Shown: positions 1-12,175 of the stretch, one piece after another
Layout of the letters: the number at the start of each line of letters is the position of its first letter
Numbering within the stretch: position 1 is the stretch's first letter
Assembly (NCBI RefSeq): GCF_018977255.1
Contig: NW_024704742.1
Location: 132,062,001-132,126,000, forward strand
DNA length: 64,000 nt
Source: Callorhinchus milii
Lineage: Eukaryota
Direction of reading: 5' to 3'
Translations under genes and position numbers: made by a program
The notes under the pieces: generated by a model
What the model was told of the DNA's origin: nothing
Seen by the model: only the letters and a program-made list of their open reading frames with translations
Database searches by the model: none

Positions 1-769
1 GTGGCGGGGTTGGCATCAGGGAGGGTGGAGGGTAGGGAGGCTATGCTCAAATTGGGGGCCGCATTTCACCTACAAAAATACACAGTCAGTACACTTTACA
101 GTAAATCCCACAAAGTACTTTGAGATGTCGCGACAATGTGCTAAGAGAGTGCATTAATGCAAAGATTAGTATTATTACTACAGAGGAATGCCACAAATTG
201 TGCCCCACATTTCTGACTTTGGTTCTCGCTGCCAATGTGCGGAACTGCTCAAAAACTTCTGTGGGCTGTCGTTTGCGTGGATTTACCTCATCGGCAGAGG
301 ATTAGCATCGTTTCCCACAAAGAAGTGTCCTCATTTTCCAAGTGTAGTCTGCAGCACCTGCTCTCAACCAATGTGCTGGGCACAGGATCAATTGATTACT
401 GAGGCAGTTTCTTCAAAGGCACCAGGCGCTTGGCTTTATCTGCCATAAATATATGCAAGAGGTTCTATTGTTGTACTCATTACGAACAGCACAGCAAAGT
501 CCACGCTGTGAAGAACAGCGTGGCGAGTCTAAATTGCACTGTTTTTTTTCCACAGTGATTCACTCCGTAAAAAGATAAACCGCATTAAAGTGCAAACAAA
601 AGGCGCAGATGTAACCTAGTGCATTTACCGTGCCTCCCAATGTGCGGCTGAACTCTCCAGCAGAACTCATTTTACATTTGACAACACATGTAAAATAAAG
701 ACCATTGGAGCATTAATACTGGCTGATTTGTGCAACCGGATCAATTCTGCCTTGCTTATTGCAAACGCA

Positions 770-1230
770 GTCAGCCTTTCTCAGTTGGTAGCACTTCTCA
801 ATTCTCAGGCAGATGGTTGTTGGGACTTTGAATTCACACACAGTCCATGCTAATGCTCAATGCAATGCTGGGGGAGTGCTGCAATGTTGGAAGTGCCATC
901 CTTTGGATGAGATGTTGAACTGAAGTTCTATCTGCTTGTTCAGTGGATATTAAAGATCAAGTAACATTACTTGAAAAGAGAAGGGAGGTTCTCCCGGTAT
1001 CCCTGGCCAACAATTCCCCCAATACGTCCCCCCGATGTGAAAAGCCCTAAACAAATGTCATTTTGTATTGTTTTGTATATAGTATTTGTTACTTCGCTTT
1101 ATGGCTGTTTGTGGATCTTTGTGGTACACACAAATTGGCTGCCACATTCACCTACAAATACATGCATGCTAAATTTCACATTAAAATGCTGTGAAGCACT
1201 TTGAGACATCCTGATGACATGATAAGGCGC
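770..1230 (+). mobile_element. DeuSINE-type tRNA-derived SINE (family B), near full length, with a short L2 tip inserted at ~1024-1075
   Basis: Head GTCAGCC..CTCAGTTGGTAGCAC; central GCCATCCTTTGGATGAGATGTTGAAC..TTAAAGATC..GAAAAGAGAAGGGAG..CCTGGCCAACAAT; 3' GGCTGTTTGTGG..AAATTGGCTGCC..GTGAAGCACTTTGAGAC..GATAAGGCGC. Same layout recurs many times in the window. Confidence 0.8.
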
Positions 1231-1701
1231 GAAGCCAACATTTGAGGGTTGTTCTATTGAATCAAAGTAAGAAAGATGGAAGAAGGGAATCCTTCTGGTC
1301 TGGCCACAGTGGTTGGAACGGAAGAACTCTCCATGCTAGCAACTGAGTTTAGGAGGAGGGAAGCAGCAAACTCAAACACAAAGGCCCAAAATGGAGTTTG
1401 GGGCCGTTAAATGGCAGGTAAGACAGCAGCTGAAATGTTTCCAAAGTGGACCGAGAACCAAACATGGCTTTAGTTTAGCGGACAAAATGATTAGAGGATG
1501 GTAGAGCTGGGGACATTATGTAGATTATTAACCAGGTCAAAGCATTTTCTCTTGAAATTTTTTCTGCCAATAATCATTGGATCACTGGGGGATGGAGAGG
1601 GATGGGGGTCCGACCCACTGATTCTCAACATCATGTTAAATTGCAGTTGGGCCATTTTCTCACCATCGTGTTATACTCGGTTGTAACCTTTTCTCACCAG
1701 T

Positions 1702-2144
1702 TCTAGCCAGACTCCACTGGCTCCCCATCACAGAACAGATCGACTTCAAGATCCTCACACTCGTGTTCAAATCCATTCACTCCCTGGTACCTCCCTCCCT
1801 CTCTGACTTCCTCAATCCCCAATCCACCACCCGGCGCCTCCTCTCAACTGGCACCAATCTCCTGCTCGTCCCTCACACGCTCAGCTCCACCAATGGAGGA
1901 CACGCTTTCAGCTACCACGTCCCAAAACTCTATAACACTCTCCCTCAATCCCTCCACCATGCTCCCTCTTTCCCCCTCCCTCCCCCTTTACAAGTCCCAA
2001 CTTAAATCCTTCCTTTTCAACCGTGCTTACAGCCACCAGCCACCTCTCCATTCCCCCCGACTCGGAGTCCGGCTTTGCCACTGTTAAGTGCTCTGAGACG
2101 CTACCCTGCGTGGAGGGTGCTATATAAGTGCAAGTTGTTGTTGT
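1702..2144 (+). mobile_element. L2-clade LINE 3' fragment
   Basis: Decayed ORF2 C-terminus (LHWLPI..IDFKILTLVFKSIH..PPSLSD..GGHAFS..PKLYNTLP), then 3' hairpin and (TTG)n tail. Confidence 0.9.
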
Positions 2145-2948
2145 TTATCACCATCGTGTTGGTGGCAGTTGGATCTTTTTCTTAACACCGTGTTACAGTG
2201 AGAACTGATTCTCCCCGGTTTGTTAAACCTGCGATGACATTTGTGCTGTTAAAAAATGTGGCAATTTTCACCCCAAAGTGTTTATTTGTGATGAACTCTT
2301 ATTTACTTGCATCTTAATATTATTTTACCACATCAGAGCATCACCAGAGGCACATTGCAAAACAGTTGAATGCCAGCCAGATAAACGCATGTAACCAAGT
2401 TTAAAAAAAAAACACAAGTGATAAAACAGAACTTTGTTCAGATGCATCAAATGGCTGTTTGGCTGAAGGAAAGATTATTAAATGTACCTTGAAATATCGG
2501 AACAAAGGATTTTGTGAAGTACACAGTTAATTTAAGAAATGACAGCAAATGTGTTTTTTTGTTTGTTTGCTTTTCTAGAATAGTTACTCCAGGCACGATT
2601 TCTTAAGTTTCAACTTTTGTAAATAACACTATCATGAAAAGATGACAAGAAGACATTCTGTGCTAGCAACTGTTTATTTCACACATCAAGGAGGACAAAG
2701 GAAATGTAATATTCCCTCTTTGCAAGGTTAATTGGAAATGAAAACTCACTTTTCAAATGTCACGATAAAAAATTTCTTTCACGTCAATTTACCTCTGGCT
2801 ATCTGAGAAAAAGGGAATGCCTGAATAAATGAGAGTCCCATCAATTCATGGGCAGAATGCTAGGCTTGTTTTTTTTTCTGCGAGTACATCTGCATCAGTT
2901 GTCAATGTGCCTCAATCAACAGCATTCTCATCTCTGAGTCAGAAGGTT

Positions 2949-3348
2949 ATAATAATAATAATAATAATGATGATAATAATAATATCATTGCATTTGATAT
3001 AGCTCCTTATTACCTCTTTGAGACATCTCAAAGCGCTTCACAGAATATATGTAAAGTGAATTGACTGTAAATTTTGTAGGCGAAACGCGGCAGCCAATTG
3101 TACTTAACAGTGTCCCACAAACAGCCAGTCGTGCATTGAGTGACCAATTTATTATTATTTTTTTTGAAGGAATTATTACCCCCAGAAAATCGATCTGCCA
3201 ATTGACTAACAACCGGGTTCCTACTTATTAGGTAAACAGAGGCGTATAGAGTAAAGAAACTTGCCCAACATTTCGCCCTACCCGGGAATCAAACCCAGGT
3301 CTCTTTGCTTGCGAGGCGAGTGCTCTAACCACTGAGCTACAGGACTCC
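2949..3348 (-). mobile_element. SINE family A, long form (tRNA-Ala-like head)
   Basis: Reverse strand: GGAGTCCTGTAGCTCAGTGGTTAGAGCACTCGCCTCGCAAGC head, CCTCTGTTTACCTAATAAGTAGGAACCCGG middle, family-B-like 3' half, (TTA)n tail. Confidence 0.9.
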
Positions 3349-4267
3349 AAATATACCAAGCACCACATTTCCTACCATGGCAGTGGGGAGACACCCGTTT
3401 GCTTCCATATCTCAAAGATCTCCTGCTTCCAGACAGGCAGTCCCTTACAGGAAGAAATGACTATCATCACTAGGCTACACACCCCTTCAACCAGTTAGTT
3501 TAAGGCCCAAGGGGGAACAAGGTGGAGACAAGTTTGTGGGAGAAACACAGCGGTGAATTGTGCACAGCAGTGTCCCACAAACAGTCGTGGATTGAGTGAC
3601 CAATTTGTTTTTGGAGGGATTATCATCCCTGAAGTTTGACAAGTGTGTGACAATGGGAGTGCTAAATTGTTGGAGATGTTCAACAGAGGTCTTTATCTTT
3701 GTCTTTCCTACAAAAGGAGCTTCTCCTGGTTCTCCTGGCTGTGATCCTCCAGAGAATTCTCCCTCCCACAGTATGAAGTGCTTTGAGACTTCCTGAAATG
3801 AAAGGCGCTAGATCAAATGTAGGAAAGGATTATTAAAAAATCCAATCACTGTGATGGACAGTAATGACCTTTGAGATGCTTTGATGTGATAAAGTGCTGT
3901 AAAAATGCAAAAGCAACTTTCTATTTTACCATTAAAGGTGGGAAAGGTGGAAGGAGGGGGGAGTGACAGCGAGAGACAGTCTGTTCTTCCTTGATCTGCT
4001 GTATTAAGGTTCTTTGAGAATCGCAGTGAATTAGAATGATTTTTTAACATGATTAGGATCGAGCAGATTGACAAATATGATGAAATTGTTCTAGGATAAA
4101 GGACTGTTCTAAATAAAATTAAAGTGCTTGACACCAAACGGTCCATCAAAGTATCATGCCACCATTGACAATCTGTGTCAGCGGGTTTTCCTTTTTATGC
4201 AAATCTAACCATCTTAGAGATGGAAGGATCACAGTTGATGAGGCCTTACAATTGAAATAGCACTTAT

Positions 4268-4619
4268 AATAATAATAATAATAATATTTCTTGCATTTGA
4301 TATAGCACCTCATCACGTGGCTGGGACGTTTCAAAGTCTCAAAGGACTATTATATTATTAATATTATCATAAAGCGCTTCATGGAATTGGAATATACTAT
4401 AAAGTAAACTCATTGTATACTTTGTGGGCGAAACGGAGCAGCCAATCGCGCACAGCATTGCCCCACAAACAGTCATGGATTGAGTGACCAAATTATTATT
4501 ATTATTTATTTTTTTAAGGGTTTATTACCCCTGGAAAGCTATCCGACAATTGACTAACAACAGGGTTTCATCTTTTCGCTTGCAAGACGAGTGCTCTAAA
4601 TAATATGCTTCAAGACTCC
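4268..4619 (-). mobile_element. SINE family A long form, degenerate with internal deletion
   Basis: (TAA)n tail, TTACCCCTGGAAAGCTATCCGACAATTGACTAACAAC middle, CGCTTGCAAGACGAGTGCTCTAA head remnant. Confidence 0.75.
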
Positions 4620-6017
4620 TGCAATGTCAAAATGTCTGAGAGCTCTTCACAGAGTTAAGTTTTTCTATAGAGTGCACTGAATATGTGTTTTTTAGTGAAC
4701 ATGGCAACCAATTTACGCAGAGCAAAGTCTCCACAAACAGCCATGAAGTGAATCACTAGGTTCATTGGGAGAACTATCTGGTCAGAAAGTTCCTTGCAAT
4801 GAGACGGAGTAAAATTGGAGGAAAGTAACAATCATTTTGAACATAACCCCAAAATAGAAGAAATAATCAAACCCCTCCCCTCTTGGCTCCTACACCCCCC
4901 GCCCCCCCCACCATACAATGCAGAAATGACTTACTGCCTATTTCCTCTTCAACCACTGAGCTGCCACTGGAGACGACAGAGTAGATACTTTACCACCCAT
5001 CGAGAACAGATTTTCTTCTAATTGACCCTCGCATTAATATCATCACTATCTTTATTCTTCCTTCCACTGAGTCATTAATCAAAATAATGCCACCAGTTAC
5101 TGCGGCTTACATGCACCTTGGATCGTTTAACAGCAAAGTCAGCAGGATTCCCAAGCTGGTTAGAGCCTGAGTCTTGTAGCCGGAGACTTAAAAGACAAAA
5201 GGGAAAAAATGCACGGTTTACAGTATGAGAATGGGCTAGATAAGCTAAGTGACCTGGGACATCCTCCCAACGTGAAGGGTGCTACACAAATGTAAATTTG
5301 TATTGTTGCCAGGAAGAACCAAGGTTTGTGCAGAGGCTCCAATGGGTCATTAGTCAAAATGAACAGCTAATTCTTATTGAAACATTGCAGTCAAAGTGAT
5401 TGGCTCTCTGCAAAAAATTAACTGAGATCTTTACTAAGAAGATGCTTGGACTGCGCAATTTTCTACTACAAATGGTGGCAGAGTATTGCCCTCAGGCTGA
5501 GTAGTTCAGGCCAAAGATTTCTTTGCTCTATTTCTGCTCCTGATTGCGGAGATCAACATTTGGGTTGGTAGGTAAAAATAGGTGCTGACTTTACTCAGCA
5601 CTCAAACGCTGGCTCAGGGGCCCAGAAGATAATTCGGGACCCGCTGAACCATATCTAGCGTGGAGGTTGAGATATTTTGGAATTGGACTCCAGGTCAAAC
5701 CATCGTGCTAAGCCATGCGGGTGTTCAGCTCAAGTCGCTCTTTGGAAATGGGTGGAAAAAAACAATGTTTATAATAGATTTGAAGTGATAATTAGTTGTG
5801 TCTTCAAATTCATTAAACGTTTTCATGTTTCTTATCCAAAAACAACAGGGTTTATACCCTTCACACAGGTAGCGTCCCGATATGCTTAATCCATGCTATA
5901 TCTACAAATCTCTGTCTAATCCATGTCCCCTGTGCCTATCGTATCTCTGTTCAATCCATTGAGGTGTTTGGCCAGTAGTTCTGTCTAATCCAATGGGCCA
6001 TAGGTGTCTATCCAAAG

Positions 6018-6385
6018 GTGTCAGCTTAGTTCAGTTGGTAGCAATCTCACCTCTGAGACACAAGGTTGTGGGATCTAAGACCCACATCAAGACTTTGAAC
6101 TCACATAGTCTAAAATGACATTGCAATGCATTGCTGGAGTTGTTACCTTGTCAGAGGTGCCATGCTTCAGAAGAGACTTTATACTGAGCTCTTGTCTGGG
6201 TGTTAAAGATCCCATGGTGCTATTATATAAAAAAAAGAGTTTCTCCTGGTGTCTTGGCCAGCAATCTCCCAGGTAAAATTGGTCTTTCACTTCATCGCTG
6301 TTTGTGGGGTATTGTTGTGCGCAAATTGATGCAGTGATATGAAAGATGCGATAACCAATGAAAGTATTATTATTAATATTATTAT
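6018..6385 (+). mobile_element. DeuSINE-type SINE (family B), 3' internal deletion
   Basis: GTGTCAGCTTAGTTCAGTTGGTAGCAATCTCACCTCTGAG head; GTTAAAGATCCCATGG; TTCTCCTGGTGTCTTGGCCAGCAAT; (TTA)n tail. Confidence 0.8.
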
Positions 6386-6451
6386 GGACTGTGTGTATAC
6401 AGTACCTCTGTCAAATCCATCTGTTTGTGTATATGTATTCATCCATAAGTA

Positions 6452-6796
6452 CAGGGCGTCCACAAAGTCCTGTTACCCCATTTTTTTTAACAGTGCACTG
6501 ACCAGCAACTGAAACATGTGGAAGAATGATGAAATTGTATTTAGAAGTACTTAATTACATTGAGTACGAGAGTTTAATTGTATTTAGATGTCCAGAGGAT
6601 TGGTATGTGTGAGCGCCATTATTTTATGGCAGATAATGACCCGTTGCCATGTTCGATGCGCCATCTTCCATAACGTAGATGGAGTCACAAGGTGAAATGC
6701 ATCTCTGACAGCTTGTTTCAGTTCCTCCGTAGTCTCATATATCACTGTATATTGTAATAGTGGAGGTGAGGGTAAGAGGACTTTGTGGACACCCTG
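6452..6796 (-). mobile_element. Non-autonomous Tc1/mariner-superfamily DNA transposon (345 bp, internally deleted)
   Basis: 27-bp TIRs CAGGGCGTCCACAAAGTCCTGTTACCC (6452-6478) and GGGTAAGAGGACTTTGTGGACACCCTG (6770-6796), 25/27 matched. TA on both sides (6450-51, 6797-98). Minus strand encodes a transposase-like C-terminus YETTEELKQAVRDAFHLVTPSTLWKMAHRTWQRVIICH. Confidence 0.9.
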
Positions 6797-7734
6797 TACT
6801 TTGGATGTGTGTGTGCAGTGGTGATTCAGTGACCAACGGGACATCAGAATTAAGAACAGAGAGAACAGAGAAACAGGTTTATTGTGTTCTTTTTTAAAAA
6901 AAACATTAGCGGATTAACTGAAACTAGAAAACTTCTCACCATTTGCACCAGGGCAATTTAAAGACTTCAATGAAGAATTCAAATATCCAACATTGCATCA
7001 CTCTGCACTGGAACTGCATCAAATGATGAAACACCAACACTCCTGATGAAGGAGTTAACTACCATGTGCAGGGAAAAAAAATCAGCCAATATAAATTCAA
7101 CCCATTTTTTTGCTGATAATTCAAAAATTGCTCAGAAGCACTTAAAAACACAACCAGTCAGCACACGTTTTTTTTCCCCATTCCCCTGACTCACCATTCA
7201 ATGTCTTTATGGGCGTCGTTCTTGCTGATTCGGGCTTGTCTGTCAATTCTTCAGTCATGGTTCCCCACTGAATCTCTCCCAGTTCTTGCAAAATGTGTTT
7301 CCCTCGGTTGCTATCTTTTCTACCCGCTGAATTACGGTTCTAATCAGAGCCCATCTATTTTTGAGGCAGTCAGTTTCGTCTCAGTCAGGGTCTCTCTTCT
7401 TAAACATCTTTGCTTCAGTCTTTTTGTGGTTCATGTTTGCACCTCAGTGAATATTACTCGCCTTTTTCCATCCCAGATTTCAATTCCCTCTTCAGATTCT
7501 GATTATCAGTTGTGTTAATTTCTGGTGCCGTTATCCGGATTTTGCTTTTCCTGCTTATTTTCTTATATTATTATATTCTATGAAGCGCTTTGAGAAGTCT
7601 CAAAACGTAATAAGGCGCTATATCAAATACAAGGATTATTATATTATTATATTATTTGGTGTTATCCTGGTTCAGTTAAAAACCTCAGAGTGAGAGTTTA
7701 CTAACTGGGTTCAAGCCCCACATTGAATTATTAT

Positions 7735-8062
7735 TTGGTCAGCCAGGTGTCTGAGACATCCGGAAACCCTTCACCAGGCTTAAGAGTATCCAAACCAAAC
7801 CGAGAGTTCCATGTATCACCTACACATGGAAATTCACGAGATATTTATTGGGCTTCTCTCCCTGAAGGGACTCAGCCTGTTTACCTAATTCCAGAGAGTA
7901 TAAGATGCAGGTTGGCAAGAGCCAAGGCTTGGGGACCCCGGAGTTTGTGTTGGGTTACAGCTGGAGTCTGACCAGCTAAAACTGCATAACCTGCCTTTGA
8001 AAGCACTGTCTGGCAAGCTTTCCTGCTGCTTGTCCAGCTTGGACCACCCTATCCATTAGGGT
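7735..8062 (+). repeat. Unclassified old interspersed repeat, copy 1 of 3
   Basis: Shares GAGTATCCAAAC.., CAGGTTGGCAAGAGCCAAGG/ACTTGGGGACCC and CCTGCTGCTTGTCC blocks in the same order with 35993-36256(-) and 50878-51206(+). Confidence 0.75.
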
Positions 8063-9227
8063 AGCCATTTTTGTTTACAGCAATATCCCACAACCAACCA
8101 CGAAGATTGAATAATCATCTTTCTTATGGGGGATTGTTGGCCAGGACACATGTGTGTGAGTGTGTGGATGGGGTGGGATGTGGGGGGCGTTGAGGGTGAA
8201 ACTCCCTTCTCTTTTTGAATCGTGCCATAGGATAATTAATTTCTTGTTACATTATTTGGGTTTTGCTTTTCCTGCCTGCTTATTCACATTTTACTTCCAC
8301 CTCTTCTTTTTTACCCACCCCTGGTTTTTGAGAGTCTCATCCTTAATCCTCACTGCTGCTTGTTCAGTGCTGTCTGTGAAGGATTCCCACTGAGCGGGAA
8401 AGAGGGGCTGATTTTCTTGTCTGTTGTTCACAGACTGACAGTGTTTCCATCCACCTGCCTGAGATAAGTCTGTAGGCTACTTGGAAAGATTACCAAGGCA
8501 CAGAAATTATTCCAGGACAGAGATAGAGAAGCAAACATTTTTATTTAGCTGAAAGAGCAGAAACTGGAAAATAGATCAATTTTCTCCAAGGGGAATCTTA
8601 TATCATACCTGAAAAAAAATCCTCTCAATTGCCTACGTGTGAATTGGTTATGCAAATGCTCTCCACATCGCACTGTTTGTTGACCGTAAGTATATCTTAT
8701 CTTTTGCAACCAAACCCTTTTGTAGAGAGAGAAAAAAAGTATTGAAACCCGACATGTGACTCTACAATAAACATGTGAAAAAAAGTGGGTCTCTTATCGA
8801 AAGCCTAGCGTTTAAAAGTTTGCAAGCCAAAAAATTAATTCAGTCTGGATATGTTGCATTTACTGCCCATAGTTACTGCGAAAAGGCACAGACAGCAATT
8901 CAACCCAGATTTTATAATGTTAATGGAGAATGGTGAGGAGAGAGGTGAATTGAGTAATATTTTGGAAGATTCTAGTTTAGATTGGTACACTTCATTTGAT
9001 GATACTTTAAACTCTTCATAACCCATCACCCCAAGGGAAAAGGGTCCAGTGATGAGTGCTCCAGAGTTAGGTATATGTTGAATACATAAATATGCGACCA
9101 GGATATTGACTTAAGTGGTAGTGACAAGTTAAGCCAGGGTCAAGTTATCAGGAGTTTACTGTATATCTTGTTTGCCCATGAACTACACATTCACTCTGCA
9201 TTTTACGGTACTTTATGTCATGTTTGG

Positions 9228-9960
9228 CCCCAGGTTCGGAATTTGAGCTCACAGTCTAGGCTGATACTTCAGTGCAGTGCTGGAGGTGTGTGTGGGGGTG
9301 GTGGTGAGGGCTGTGTGAGCAGAGGTCCTATCCTTTGGATGAGATGTTGAATAATCATAATCTTTGCATTTGATATATCGCCTTATCACATCCTTGAGAC
9401 ATCTCAAAGGATTTCACAGAATAAACTATAAAGGGAATTGACTGCATATTTTGTGGCAAAACTCGGCAGCCGATTGTGCACAGCAGTGTCTCACAAACAG
9501 TTGTGGACCAATTTTTCTTAAGGAATTATTACCCCTGGAAAGGCAATCCAACAATCGACTAACAACCGGGTTCCTACTTACTGCTAGGTAAACATAGGCA
9601 TGTGGAGTAGGGAAACTTGCCCAATCTTTCACCCTCCCTGGAATCGAACCCAGGTCTCTCGCTTGCGAGGCGAGTACTCTAACCATTGAGCTACAGGACT
9701 CCACAGTCCCATCTGTTTGTTGAGTTGGGCGTTAAACATCCCATAGCATGACTCAAAAAAAGAAGGGAATATTTTCTTGTGCCCTAGCCAACAATCCCCC
9801 AGATAAAATTGGTCATTCACATTATTGGCTGTTTGTGGGACTTTGCTGTGCGCAAATTGGCTGCTGTGTTGGCCTAACAAAATACACATCACAGTGAATC
9901 CTGTGAAGCGCGTTCCTCCTGACGCGAAAGGTGCTACATCAAATGCAAAGGTTATTATTT
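9228..9960 (+). mobile_element. DeuSINE-type SINE (family B) split by an antisense family A insertion
   Basis: B sequence runs to TCCTTTGGATGAGATGTTGA (~9350), resumes at AGTCCCATCTGTTTG..GTTAAACATCCCATAGCA (~9705) and continues to the tail. Confidence 0.8.
9351..9704 (-). mobile_element. SINE family A long form, nested in family B
   Basis: tRNA-Ala-like head with B box GGTTCGATTCC, CTAGCAGTAAGTAGGAACCCGG middle, B-like tail. Confidence 0.9.
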
Positions 9961-10920
9961 ATTGTAGACTGCAATTATTTGATTCATCAGAAGAGTCCTA
10001 ACGCAAATGTAGCGAGTTTGGAATTTCTGCATGCGGATAAGTGGTTCAGAGTAGAGCTAGCTGGCACACTTTGATAGGCAACTGAACAAGTAAAGCTAAA
10101 CAGTTGGAGTCAGTATTAACACAGCGCTGTATTATGAAGGCCTTGATTTGTAAGAGTTTTTCTTTAGGGAAGAGAGGGGTGCGAAGTGTGTGCTAATGGA
10201 TTTTTCACCGTTTCCTAGCCTCGCTTTTTGCAGAATTGCACCAATGTGCTATTTTCAGTGGCTTCATATAGAGCATTCTTTTTGCGCCAGTGTAATTTAA
10301 TGCCTGACCAATTAAGTATGACACGTTAAATACATAACACTGATATATTTAGTAGCAGAGAGAAACAGGTTTCCTATAGGGGGTTCTCAATGTTTCCTAT
10401 GGACATTGAGAAAGTACTGTTCCCTATCTAAAGAAAATCACTTACGTAAACTGGCTACCTGTTCACAGTTCCCCAAATTACACCTAGTCTTAGCCTGTAA
10501 ATCACCATTTTGTTTCAGTATTTAAGATTATGCAAAATTTTGTTGATTTTTTTTTAGTGTCAAATTTGGAAGCCGTTATTTTCCCTAATTCTTAAAAAGA
10601 AACGCCTTCCAAATTCAGATTGAATTTAAGAATTTTTCCTGTGTTGGCCAATATATGAAAATTAGCTTTTATCAATTGAGTGGTTTGGATGGAGCCAGGA
10701 TGAGGACTCCAGGCTGATAAATAATATATTTTTTGACTGAGGAGAGTGTAAATTTTAGACCAACTTGGTGGAACTGTGATGCAAAACGGATATCTGATGA
10801 AAAAAATTAACTTAACAGCACGATGCAAGGCCTGAAACTTACAAATGAACAATCGCTGGCATCAGATACAAAAATTAGCTGCTGAGATCAATAGTGGAAC
10901 AAACCACTTACCCGGAGGGG

Positions 10921-10941
10921 TGCGCTGCCATCTGGTGCTGG
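10921..10941 (-). promoter_or_regulatory. Candidate CTCF-binding motif
   Basis: Reverse strand CCAGCACCAGATGGCAGCGCA resembles the CTCF core (CCACCAG(G/A)(G/T)GGC(A/G)). It lies in non-repeat sequence. Motif match only. Confidence 0.45.
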
Positions 10942-10965
10942 ATAGTTTGTGGTAGTGTTAAACAA

Positions 10966-11347
10966 GCCGAAGGCAACGATCAAAGAGGAAGGTCTTCAGA
11001 CGGGACTTGAATCAGGCAAGAGAGAAGTGAGGCGGAGGGATTGTGGGATAGAGTTCCAGAGTGTGGGGGCGGAGATGCTGAATGCCCGACCACCAATGGT
11101 GGGGCAGGAATTGCGGGGGACCTGAATCAGGCTGGTGGCGGCTGAGCAGAGGGAACGGACAGGTTGATATGGGGTTATGAGGTCGGAAAGGTGGGGGGAG
11201 CAAGACCGTGGAGAGCTTTGAAGATAAGAACGAGGGTTGTGTACTCAATTCTCTGATTGCCAGTGAAGGCCAGGTAAGAACGGGGTGATAGGTTCACAAG
11301 CCTGGTGCAGGAGAGGACACCAACTGAAGAGTTCTGAATAATCTTGT
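10966..11347 (-). mobile_element. L2 LINE fragment (older)
   Basis: GAGTTCCAGAGTGTGGGGGCGGAGATGCTGAATGCCCGACCACCAATGG is the reverse of GGRAFS..APTLWNS; homologous to the 52.5-53.8 kb element. Confidence 0.85.
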
Positions 11348-11702
11348 GAATCATCTTGTGAATCTTCTGAATTAGTTGCTGGAGGAAAGAGATGGGAAGT
11401 TTAGTACTCCAGTACAGTATTGGGGGGAACCGCCTTGTTAGAGTTGCTATCTTGCGGATGAGATGTTAAACCGAGGCCCTGTTCAGGTGGACTTTAAAGA
11501 TCACATGGCACTGTTTGGAAAGAAAAGAGTTTCTACTGGTGTCATGGCAAACAATACCCCAGATAAAATTTGTTTGTGGTACTTTGATGTGTGCAAATTG
11601 ACAGTCACAGCACTTAACTGTATATCCTGTGAAGCGCTTTGAGACATCCTCCTGATGTGAAAGGTGCTATGATTAAATGCAACGATTATTATATTAAAAC
11701 AC

Positions 11703-11808
11703 ATAACTGACTGATAAATAGACAGATCAACCAACCAATGGACCATTAGATGGAAAGACTGATGGATCAACCGAAGGACTGCCCAACCGACCATCCGATC
11801 GATCGACT
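11703..11808. repeat. Degenerate tetranucleotide microsatellite (GATN/ACCN-like)
   Basis: ACTGACTGATAAATAGACAGATCAACCAACCAATGGACC..CCGACCATCCGATCGATCGACTG, period 4. Confidence 0.6.
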
Positions 11809-11864
11809 GTGTATTGGGACCTTTTAGTTGAGCTTTAGGATCAGAAAAGGTAGGATTTCTTTCT

Positions 11865-12175
11865 AAAAAAAAAAATCCTTGCATTTGATATAGCGCTTTT
11901 CACGTCGGGAGGACGTCCCAAAGCGCTTCACAGAACACACTGTAAAGTGAATTGACTGTATGTTTGTGGGCGAACGCGGCAGCCAATTGCGCACAGCAAT
12001 GTCCCACAAAAAGTCATATGGATTGAAAATGACCAGTTTATTATTGTTTTTTTTTGGAGGGATTATTATTATTAGGCGTGTGGAGTAAGGAAACTTGCCC
12101 AAGGTTTCGCCCTGCCTGGAATTGAACTCAGGTCTCTCACTTGCAAACAGCGAGTGCTCTAACCACTGAGCTACA
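11865..12175 (-). mobile_element. SINE family A short form with L2-identical CTCCC hairpin tail
   Basis: tRNA-Ala-like head; middle lacks the ~60-bp block; tail GCGCTTTGGGACGTCCTCCCGACGTGAAAAGCGC. Confidence 0.9.
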
